The notes below the pieces were generated by a model, which was given only the letters and a program-made list of their open reading frames with translations, was not told the DNA's origin and made no database searches. A program made the translations under genes and the position numbers. This document shows positions 20,439 to 27,290 of a DNA stretch of 64,000 nucleotides, piece by piece. This DNA comes from Afipia sp. (GTDB lineage: Bacteria; Pseudomonadota; Alphaproteobacteria; Rhizobiales; Xanthobacteraceae), in contig JBIQLC010000012.1 in assembly GCA_044464625.1 (NCBI GenBank), positions 252-64,251 on the forward strand, given 5' to 3'. Numbering within the stretch: position 1 is the stretch's first letter; every line of letters starts with the position of its first letter.

Positions 20439-20489
20439 ACGCGTTTTCTTCGCGCGAACCGGTACCCACTTCGCTCGAAAACGCTATAG
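20439..20489. repeat. Intergenic repeat family C (ACGCGTTTTCTTCRCGCGAACCG...CTTCGCTCGAAAACGCT), copy 1
   Basis: Near-identical cores at 45498-45544 and 55126-55173. Confidence 0.85.
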
Positions 20490-20494
20490 CCTCC

Positions 20495-21550
20495 CTAAAG
20501 TGGGCGGCCCGGCGAATTGACGTCACCGCCATCGATATCATCGGTTGACGCAACGGCCTGATCGTCGACCACATCGATGAACGTCGCCGGATGCAATCGC
20601 TTGCGACTGATGGTGAGATCGAACACATCGAAGCGATTGTAGTAACCGGTCACATCGTGGAACTGCTTGGGCTCGACGCAGCGCGACAGGTCGAACTCGG
20701 CATAACCGATGCCCTCCTCGTCCTGCAGCATGTCACCGACCACTTCCGCCGTCGGATCGACAAAGAAGCTCGCCGCGCGCGGCGTGCGATCAATCACTTC
20801 GGCCACCGACGGATCGCGCGCGATCAAGAAATCGCGCATTGCCTTGTCGGTATATCCGGCGGTGATGATGCCGAACGCCTTGGCCTCGAACGAATGGGCA
20901 CTGGCGCGGATGCGGTTGGCGGCGACGTTGTTGAAGTTGGCGTTGTAGTTGCCGCCGGCGGCCGGTCGCCGCGTCGGCCACATCGGCGGCCAACTCGAAA
21001 TGTGAATCTGCTCGGCCTGCGCCATCAGCGCGTAGCGCGCCAGCGGGTTGGTGTTCTCGCCGCAGATCAGATTGCCGACCCGACCCGCCGGCGTCGCGGA
21101 CACTTTCAGGCCAGCCCCATCGCCTGCTGCCCAGATCAGTTTTTCATAGAAGGTCGGCACCAGCTTGCGGTGATGATTGAGGATCGCGCCGTCATGACCG
21201 ATCAGGATGTTGCTGTTCCACATCGCGCCGACGCTGGCCGACGAACTTTCGCTGATGCCCATCGACACCGTGACGTCGAGCGCGCGAGCCTCACGCCGCA
21301 GCGCTGCGATCTCCGGCCCCTGCGCCGAAACTGACTGCTCGGCCATCAACATGAACAGATCGTGATTGTCGATCGGTGCCCACAGCGCGGCCCAAACCGG
21401 AAACGCCGGAATGTAGGTCTCGGGAAAGGCGATCAGTTGCGCGCCCGACTTCGCGGCTTCGCGGATGATCGAGATCGCCTTGGCGGTGGTCGCCGCGCGA
21501 TCGAGAAAAACCGGCGCCGCATGCACGGTCGCAACTTTCACGGATGACAT
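20495..21550 (-). CDS. Nitrilase (carbon-nitrogen hydrolase, branch 1)
   Basis: Catalytic triad AFPE, HHRKLVPT, LICGEN; C-terminal DVTGYYNRFDVF. Confidence 0.9.
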   Translation of the reverse strand: MSSVKVATVHAAPVFLDRAATTAKAISIIREAAKSGAQLIAFPETYIPAFPVWAALWAPIDNHDLFMLMAEQSVSAQGPEIAALRREARALDVTVSMGISESSSASVGAMWNSNILIGHDGAILNHHRKLVPTFYEKLIWAAGDGAGLKVSATPAGRVGNLICGENTNPLARYALMAQAEQIHISSWPPMWPTRRPAAGGNYNANFNNVAANRIRASAHSFEAKAFGIITAGYTDKAMRDFLIARDPSVAEVIDRTPRAASFFVDPTAEVVGDMLQDEEGIGYAEFDLSRCVEPKQFHDVTGYYNRFDVFDLTISRKRLHPATFIDVVDDQAVASTDDIDGGDVNSPGRPL

Positions 21551-21598
21551 GTTCGATGATCCTTCCATTCGAGGTCTTGCCCGCCTCGTCCCGTGATC

Positions 21599-21628
21599 AT
21601 AGCGACATCATCCGGCAATAAAAAAGCC
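21599..21628. repeat. 30-bp direct repeat, left copy
   Basis: ATAGCGACATCATCCGGCAATAAAAAAGCC; identical to 22931-22961 apart from one A in the A-run. Confidence 0.9.
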
Positions 21629-21729
21629 TACTTAAAGCGGGGTCTTTTGAATTTGACACCATCGAGGTTTGAGCTGAAACTGGATGCACGAGTGCCTTTT
21701 CACGTCACGAAAGCCGACAACAAAGCCCC

Positions 21730-22884
21730 GTGCAGAGGCGCGATATGATGACGGCCAGCCCTGAGCGTTTATCGAGCGTCATCGCCGGTATCTACGACAC
21801 AGTGCTGGAGCCGGATCTCTGGACGCGCGTGCTCCCGTCAATTGCCAACATCTTCGACAGCCAGCAGGCTGCATTGAATGTCCTGGACGGCAGTGGACGG
21901 ACAATTCTGTTCAACGCACTCCATGGACTTGGCACCGAAGACCTTACGCTGTTTCGCGCATTCGTCGCCGTCGACGACACGCCGCAATGGTGGCAAATCG
22001 CGCCCACCGACCGGCCGTCTCTCAGATCGTCGATCTCGCCCGATCGCGAATTCGCACTCTCGTCGTACTACAACGAGGTCATACGTCCGTCCGGCTCCTT
22101 CTATGCGCTTCTTGCGCCGGTGACGCGCAGCGCCGAAAGCCATGTCGATCTTTTTGTCGCGCGCGAGACGTCCTCGAAAGATTACGACGCCGGACACCTC
22201 GCAACGATGCAACTGCTGATGTCGCACGTCCGGCGCAGCATCGACCTCTATCGCAAGCTCGCGACAAGGCGATCGCTGGCGTCGGCGCTAACGCATCTTC
22301 CCTTCGGAGTCATTTTCGTCGATCCCAGCCTGCGCGTCATCGACATGAACGAGACCGCCGAGACGATGGTCACGCGGCCGCATTCTCCGCTGCGCGTGAA
22401 GTCCCGCGTGATGTCCATGACAGACCGGAAAAATCAGACGGCGCTGCAACGGCTGGTGGCCGGCGCCTGCTCTGTCAATGGCGGCGTGATCGAGGGTGTC
22501 GGCGGTGACATTTCGGTCCGGCCCGGCCCAAACAATCATGTGCGCGCGAACATCAGCATATCGGTCGCCCCGTTGCCTGATCCCCACGCACACGACATGC
22601 CGCACGAACGATGCGCCGTGCTTTTCGTTCGCGAGATATCGTTCGACGTCGCCGAGGGGCTGACGGATCAGATCCGCGTTTTTTTCAAGCTGACGTCAAA
22701 GGAAGCGGCCCTTGCAACATCCCTGGTGGCCGGCCGCACCCTCAAACAGGCTGCCGAAGACAACAACATTCAGTTCAACACCGCGCGCGGATATCTGGAA
22801 ACGATTTTCGACAAGACTGAAACACGCCAGCAGAGTCAGCTCGTGCTGCTGCTCAAGAGTCTTCAGCCTCTCGTTCGTCGATGA
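21730..22884 (+). CDS. LuxR/CsgD-type HTH regulator with N-terminal sensor and PAS-like domain
   Basis: IAGIYDTVLEPDLW N-terminus, FGVIFVD...NETAE PAS-like segment, C-terminal LTSKEAALATSL...TLKQAAE...IFDKTETRQQSQLV HTH; start GTG 21730 or a nearby ATG. Confidence 0.82.
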   Translation: MQRRDMMTASPERLSSVIAGIYDTVLEPDLWTRVLPSIANIFDSQQAALNVLDGSGRTILFNALHGLGTEDLTLFRAFVAVDDTPQWWQIAPTDRPSLRSSISPDREFALSSYYNEVIRPSGSFYALLAPVTRSAESHVDLFVARETSSKDYDAGHLATMQLLMSHVRRSIDLYRKLATRRSLASALTHLPFGVIFVDPSLRVIDMNETAETMVTRPHSPLRVKSRVMSMTDRKNQTALQRLVAGACSVNGGVIEGVGGDISVRPGPNNHVRANISISVAPLPDPHAHDMPHERCAVLFVREISFDVAEGLTDQIRVFFKLTSKEAALATSLVAGRTLKQAAEDNNIQFNTARGYLETIFDKTETRQQSQLVLLLKSLQPLVRR

Positions 22885-22930
22885 CAGGCCTAATAACGAT
22901 TGCAAGCCCGAGGCAGGCGTACGGCAAACA

Positions 22931-22961
22931 ATAGCGACATCATCCGGCAATAAAAAAAGCC
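22931..22961. repeat. 30-bp direct repeat, right copy (31 bp)
   Basis: ATAGCGACATCATCCGGCAATAAAAAAAGCC, overlapping the terminator A/U tract. Confidence 0.9.
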
Positions 22962-22980
22962 CGCGCGAAGCGGGCTTTTC
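22952..22980 (-). terminator. Rho-independent terminator of the 22994-23263 gene (possibly bidirectional)
   Basis: AAAAAAAGCCCGC-gcgaa-GCGGGCTTTTC; gives a 7-U tail on the minus strand. Confidence 0.85.
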
Positions 22981-22993
22981 AGCAATGCGAAAC

Positions 22994-23263
22994 TTACCAC
23001 CGGCGCCAATGACGATGATGCCAGCCATGATGATGGCGGTGGCCATAGAATCGCGGAGCACCATAGTAACCCCACGACCGATAATACCGCCGGTTCGGCA
23101 CACAACGGCCCCAGGGGTTAACGTGCCAGCCGGGGCCGCAGCGCCAGCCGACTTCGGTTACGGGAGCGGTGGTATTGCCGAGCGGCGCAGCGGGCATCGC
23201 CTGCGCGGCTGATGCCATACCGAGACCGACAACGACAGCGAGTGAAGCCAAGAGTTTTTTCAT
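22994..23263 (-). CDS. Small secreted protein, GCG_CRPN-prefix-like, with His/Arg/Trp/Tyr-rich tail (89 aa)
   Basis: Signal peptide MKKLLASLAVVVGLGMASAAQA, WRCGPGWHVNPWGRCVPN Cys pair, tail GHRHHHGWHHRHWRRW; RBS GAGGAG before ATG 23263. Confidence 0.8.
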   Translation of the reverse strand: MKKLLASLAVVVGLGMASAAQAMPAAPLGNTTAPVTEVGWRCGPGWHVNPWGRCVPNRRYYRSWGYYGAPRFYGHRHHHGWHHRHWRRW

Positions 23264-23664
23264 GGCGTTTCTCCTCTTTCCTGAATACCCAATCTCAACG
23301 CATCGCCCCTGAACATGCGATGAAGGACCTCGCCGGAATTCCGCCTTAGTCATACGCGGTCACTTCGTCGAACGAGGCACCATCGACGATTCAAGTTTTT
23401 CAAGAAGCGGACGCGCTGAACGTTCCGCGTCGAACGCGGATTAAACTTTGTGGGCGCCGGAACTGAATCGAGTTCCCAAATCCACAACCCGTCACGCTTT
23501 CAGCGAAAGCTCGCGAAGCACGATGCTGACTTATCGTCTCTTGGGAGTCAGCGATGCGGGATCGATGGAGTGAGATTCAGAAAGCCGAAAATGCGATGAG
23601 ACCGCCGACTCGCGCGACGCAAGTCCCGCAATCACGTCGTCCATTCATCGAATCGGAAAAGCGT

Positions 23665-23708
23665 TGGAGCGGGTGAAGGGAATCGAACCCTCGTATTCAG
23701 CTTGGAAG
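23665..23708 (-). repeat. attR: displaced 3' fragment of tRNA-Gly
   Basis: Minus strand CTTCCAAGCTGAATACGAGGGTTCGATTCCCTTCACCCGCTCCA; similarity to the intact tRNA stops at the 5' edge of the anticodon loop. Confidence 0.92.
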
Positions 23709-23840
23709 TCGATTCCGTAACATTTACTTGCATCTCACCAAACCTCATCCAACAGCATAAGCTGTCATATTTTCAACAGTATAGCGGTCTACAGCACGTC
23801 ATCGGAAATCACCCCAAAACACCCCAGCCACCGGATTTTT

Positions 23841-23858
23841 GTGCCCCGTGAGTGCCCC
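23841..23858 (+). promoter_or_regulatory. Putative tyrosine-integrase arm-type site pair (GTGCCCC-N4-GTGCCCC)
   Basis: GTGCCCCgtgaGTGCCCC about 130 bp inside the attR core; same motif and orientation at 26371-26388. Confidence 0.65.
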
Positions 23859-23950
23859 GGAAATCTGGGTACAAAAGGCATTCCATGGTTGTTCACAGCG
23901 CTTGCTGCCAGCATCCTGTTTTGCAGAGCCTGCTGCATGGATTTGAACAG

Positions 23951-24895
23951 GTGACTGCAGAATTTGAATACGACGTTGCTTTCAGTTTTTGCGCCATCGA
24001 CGAAGGCGTAGCTACGCAACTAAACGATCTTCTGGCCCCGCGCTTGAAAACGTTCATCTACAGTGAGCGGCAACGAGAAATCGCGGGCACGGACGGCCAG
24101 GATAGTTTCAGCAAGGTATATGGAAAGACCGCACGCCTAGTCGTGGTGTTATTCCGCCCTGAATGGGGCGAAACGCCGTGGACTCGCGTCGAGAAGGACG
24201 CGATCAAAAACAGGTCGCTGGATGACGGCTGGGACTTCACAACCTTTGTGCCAACTGTCGAAAAACCTCAGATGCCGCCTTGGCTACCAAAGACGCGGCT
24301 TTACGTTGGCCTGCAACGCTGGGGCGTAGAAGGTGCCGCCGCGACGATTGAAGCGCGAGCCACGGAGCGAGGCAGCACCCCCCGCGAAGAAACCGCCACC
24401 GAGCGTGCTGAGCGGCTGCGTAGATCCTTGGATCTCAAGAAAAAACAAGAACAGTTCCAATCGACGGAGGCTGGCGTCCAGAGCGCGAAACAAGCCTACG
24501 AGGCTTTTTCTCTGGCAGTTGAGAAACACGCTGAGTCAATCACCGCCGCAGGCGTCAAAATAGACACAAAGAGATCGCAGGAATTCCGGATCGTTACCGG
24601 CTTGTATCCTTGCAATATGATCTGCAGCTTTAGCCCGTTCTACTCGAACTCCCTTGATGGCGCTCATCTGCTTGTCGATGCGTTTAAGGGATTCCCACGT
24701 ATACCAGGATTCTATGGATCGATAGAGAAGGCCATGAAGCTAAAATCGTTGCGCTATTCCTACCAACTCGTGAGACCGGATTATCATACGTGGGTTGGCG
24801 TGGACGAAAAAGGAAGAGAGTTCACACCGCAGCAACTTGCAGATCACGTCCTTCGGGCCTACATGGACCTCGCCGAGAAGACGAAGGCCGACTGA
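23951..24895 (+). CDS. TIR-domain protein (TIR, charged coiled-coil, uncharacterised C-terminal domain), 314 aa
   Basis: YDVAFSF (betaA), TFIY (betaB), LVVVLF (betaC), WGETPWTRVE with Glu codon at 24191-24193 in the catalytic position; start GTG 23951 preferred over 23852/23885. Confidence 0.82.
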   Translation: MTAEFEYDVAFSFCAIDEGVATQLNDLLAPRLKTFIYSERQREIAGTDGQDSFSKVYGKTARLVVVLFRPEWGETPWTRVEKDAIKNRSLDDGWDFTTFVPTVEKPQMPPWLPKTRLYVGLQRWGVEGAAATIEARATERGSTPREETATERAERLRRSLDLKKKQEQFQSTEAGVQSAKQAYEAFSLAVEKHAESITAAGVKIDTKRSQEFRIVTGLYPCNMICSFSPFYSNSLDGAHLLVDAFKGFPRIPGFYGSIEKAMKLKSLRYSYQLVRPDYHTWVGVDEKGREFTPQQLADHVLRAYMDLAEKTKAD

Positions 24896-24905
24896 GCAGC
24901 GCAGG

Positions 24906-25067
24906 TTAATTGGCCCTTGTGAATTCCCGCAGCGCCTTCTGCGCCCGCCTCCGATCCTCGTCCGTCTTCGCCTCGTCGACATGCGACTGGAGAATACGGC
25001 GCATCTTCTGCTCGGCAGACTCTTTTGCCTCGCGGGCAAGCTCAGATTTGACCAATAGAATCCTCAT
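24906..25067 (-). CDS. Small charged helical hypothetical protein (53 aa)
   Basis: MRILLVKSELAREAKESAEQKMRRILQSHVDEAKTDEDRRRAQKALREFTRAN; starts 24 nt after the methyltransferase stop on the same strand; below the ORF-track cutoff. Confidence 0.45.
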   Translation of the reverse strand: MRILLVKSELAREAKESAEQKMRRILQSHVDEAKTDEDRRRAQKALREFTRAN

Positions 25068-25091
25068 AGCGGTATGGTGCAATCACGACCG

Positions 25092-26078
25092 TCAGGCGGC
25101 AAATAGATCGACCTGACGTGACGGAGCCTCGGTCGCTTGCCGTGCTGCGATGACGGCCTCCAACCTGAGCCGGGTCAATTCTACGTATTCAGGATTAAGC
25201 TCGCAGCCGATGTAGCGACGACCATGCTCGATCGAAACCTGACCGGTAGTTCCGCTGCCGTTGAATGGATCGAGCACGATGTCGCCCGGGCGGCTGCCAG
25301 CCAGAATGCATGGCTCGATCAGCGCAGGCGGGAACGTGGCGAAATGTGCGCCTTTGTAGGGGCGCGTGGCGACGGTCCAGACGCTGCGGCGGTTGCGCTT
25401 GCCATCCTCCAATCTCTCTTTGTCGCTGCTTCGACCAAGCTGGTGCTCTGCAGTTTTTCCGCGGTTGAAGCTGGAGCCAGCTGCGCCTTTGACTGCATCC
25501 TCTCGCATCGCCTCGCTGTCGCAAAAATAGCGTTCCGACTTGCTCAGCAAAAAGATGTACTCATGCGCCTTGGTGCAGCGGTCGCGCACGCTCTCAGGCA
25601 TCGGGTTCGGCTTGTGCCAGATGATGTCCTGGCGCAGGTACCAGCCATCGGCGCGCAAGGCGAATGCCAGCATCCACGGGATGCCGATGAGGTCTTTAGG
25701 TTTGAGTCCCAGCGCTGCTGCATTGCTGGTGCGGTCGCTCATCTGCTCCAGCGTGTTGCGCGTGCTGCCAACCTTTGCGGTATCGGAAACCTTGCGGTCG
25801 GTGCCACCAGTGCGCGCGTAACTATCCCCAATGTTCAGCCAAAGCGTCCCATCATCGGCCAGCACCCGGCGCACCTCACGAAAGACCTCGACCATCTTCG
25901 CAATGTAGGCGCCCGGCGTTTCCTCCAATCCAATCTGTCCGTCGTGCCCGTAGTCGCGGAGGCCGTAATATGGTGGCGAAGTCACGCACATCTGCACGCT
26001 GTTCGCCGGCAACTCTTTTAGTCGTGTAATGCAGTCGCCAACGTAGACCGTCGCGCCTTCAAGTTCGAGTTTGTCCAT
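25092..26078 (-). CDS. Site-specific DNA methyltransferase, beta-class N4-C/N6-A, phage type
   Basis: Motif IV TSPPY near the N-terminus, GLRDYG...QIGLE, IIWHKPNPMPESVRDRCT, HFATFP, motif I LDPFNGSGTTG near the C-terminus. Confidence 0.92.
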   Translation of the reverse strand: MDKLELEGATVYVGDCITRLKELPANSVQMCVTSPPYYGLRDYGHDGQIGLEETPGAYIAKMVEVFREVRRVLADDGTLWLNIGDSYARTGGTDRKVSDTAKVGSTRNTLEQMSDRTSNAAALGLKPKDLIGIPWMLAFALRADGWYLRQDIIWHKPNPMPESVRDRCTKAHEYIFLLSKSERYFCDSEAMREDAVKGAAGSSFNRGKTAEHQLGRSSDKERLEDGKRNRRSVWTVATRPYKGAHFATFPPALIEPCILAGSRPGDIVLDPFNGSGTTGQVSIEHGRRYIGCELNPEYVELTRLRLEAVIAARQATEAPSRQVDLFAA

Positions 26079-26370
26079 TAAGTGTGGTCGCCACGTTGGT
26101 TCGTGGCTTGAAGTTTGTTCTCACGAATTCCAGTCGAAGGACGGCTTCGCGTGATAACGCATGACAACAATCATTTTGCGGCAATGAATTCGATGCTCGA
26201 CCAGCTCAAGCCATCAGCCACAGAATCAGAGTTGACTAGGCCTGCGCGCCACCAACGCAGCGCACGACCGAATTATGCATCAAAGTTTTTGCAGCAAATG
26301 AAAACCAGACAAACTCGTGTGGTTATCGTTCGAGCAAAGTCATCAGTCTGAAAAGCTGTTGACGAGAGAT

Positions 26371-26388
26371 GTGCCCCAGGAGTGCCCC
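26371..26388 (+). promoter_or_regulatory. Putative tyrosine-integrase arm-type site pair, tRNA-proximal
   Basis: GTGCCCCaggaGTGCCCC about 130 bp from the CTTGGAAG core in tRNA-Gly. Confidence 0.65.
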
Positions 26389-26480
26389 GAACGCGCTTTT
26401 TGGTCGCACGACGGACTCTTGATGCGTCCGCGCGGGTCGCGTAACGCCTTGTCCTGCAAGTGATTTTATCGATGAAGGGA

Positions 26481-26554
26481 TGGAGCGGGTACCGGGAATC
26501 GAACCCGGGTATTCAGCTTGGAAGGCTGCTGCTCTACCATTGAGCTACACCCGC
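26481..26554 (-). tRNA. tRNA-Gly(TCC), also attL
   Basis: GCGGGTGTAGCTCAATGGTAGAGCAGCAGCCTTCCAAGCTGAATACCCGGGTTCGATTCCCGGTACCCGCTCCA, 74 nt. Confidence 0.97.
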
Positions 26555-26643
26555 GTCGCGCCGATGACCTAGCATGGCCTCACCGCGGTCTCAACCGCCC
26601 CGCGCGCACCCTGTGGGCGCCGCCTGGGCAGGCGAACATCCTC

Positions 26644-26668
26644 GGAACTCCTTCATCCGCCCCACGTT
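26644..26668 (+). promoter_or_regulatory. sigmaEcfG (general stress response) promoter
   Basis: GGAAC-N16-CGTT upstream of the 60-aa ORF. Confidence 0.7.
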
Positions 26669-26744
26669 GATGGCGGCGGCGCGGCGTCACGGGAAATCGT
26701 CCGTGGTTTTCCGGCAGTCGGCGCCACGACAAAGGAGTTGCGGC

Positions 26745-26927
26745 ATGACCGGCAAGGACAAGTCTCACGACTCGAAGAAGCAGACGGGCGTCAAACACCC
26801 CGGAATGATGGGCGACGGCACCGAGGAGCAGAATCTCAACGAGCGCGGCAATCCGTCGGCCCGGATCAAGAAGGACGAGGTCGCGGAGGCCTTCGGCAAA
26901 CAGGGAAAGCAGGAGAAAAAGGCCTGA
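26745..26927 (+). CDS. Small hydrophilic hypothetical protein (60 aa), probable stress protein
   Basis: RBS AAAGGAG, ATG 26745, MTGKDKSHDSKKQ...EKKA; promoter upstream, terminator downstream. Confidence 0.7.
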   Translation: MTGKDKSHDSKKQTGVKHPGMMGDGTEEQNLNERGNPSARIKKDEVAEAFGKQGKQEKKA

Positions 26928-26946
26928 ACCGGCCTGCAAGCATAAC

Positions 26947-26984
26947 AAAAACGCCCGCGAAACTTCACGTTTCGCGAGCGTTTT
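26947..26984. terminator. Bidirectional Rho-independent terminator
   Basis: AAAAACGCCCGCGAAAC-ttcac-GTTTCGCGAGCGTTTT between the convergent small ORF and tRNA-Tyr. Confidence 0.8.
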
Positions 26985-26989
26985 CAATA

Positions 26990-27075
26990 TGGTGGGGGAA
27001 GAAGGACTCGAACCTTCGAAGCCATACGGCGGCTGATTTACAGTCAGCTCCCTTTGCCACTCGGGACACTCCCCC
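26990..27075 (-). tRNA. tRNA-Tyr(GTA)
   Basis: GGGGGAGTGTCCCGAGTGGCAAAGGGAGCTGACTGTAAATCAGCC...GGTTCGAGTCCTTCTTCCCCCACCA with long variable arm. Confidence 0.97.
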
Positions 27076-27290
27076 GCTTGACGCCACCGGACCGCCTTCG
27101 CGCCCTGTCGGACGGTGAAACGGCCATGGATGACGGCTAAAAGCGAGCCCGCAGGCGGGCACCCGGTTGGGCGCGTTTATGGGCGAAGCGGTGGGGCAAA
27201 GTCAACCAAGGCTGTGATCAATCTGACAAATTCGCTGGCCCGGCCGGAACGGCAAATTGCCAAGACTTTATGGCCGTGAGACAAGCCGCC

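Larger units (their letters stand above)
23665..26524. mobile_element. Integrase-less mini-island or prophage remnant integrated in tRNA-Gly(TCC)
   Basis: Bounded by a 44-nt imperfect repeat of the tRNA 3' half (39/44 identical, 16-bp perfect core), matching arm-like repeats at both ends, lower GC (31/60 in 24001-24060 versus 39/60 in thrS 52981-53040), phage-type methyltransferase cargo. Confidence 0.85.

Noticed and set aside
23720-23840. IHF-like sites in the AT-rich att arm
   Set aside because: Only partial matches to WATCAA-N4-TTR; too weak to call
23951-26078. Calling the island Thoeris, CBASS or a restriction-modification system
   Set aside because: No ThsA (SIR2/Macro), cyclase, SAVED or endonuclease is present, so only a TIR gene and an orphan methyltransferase can be supported
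26115-26351. 78-aa ORF inside the island
   Set aside because: No clear RBS or motif and it sits in the methyltransferase upstream region; not excluded, but unsupported
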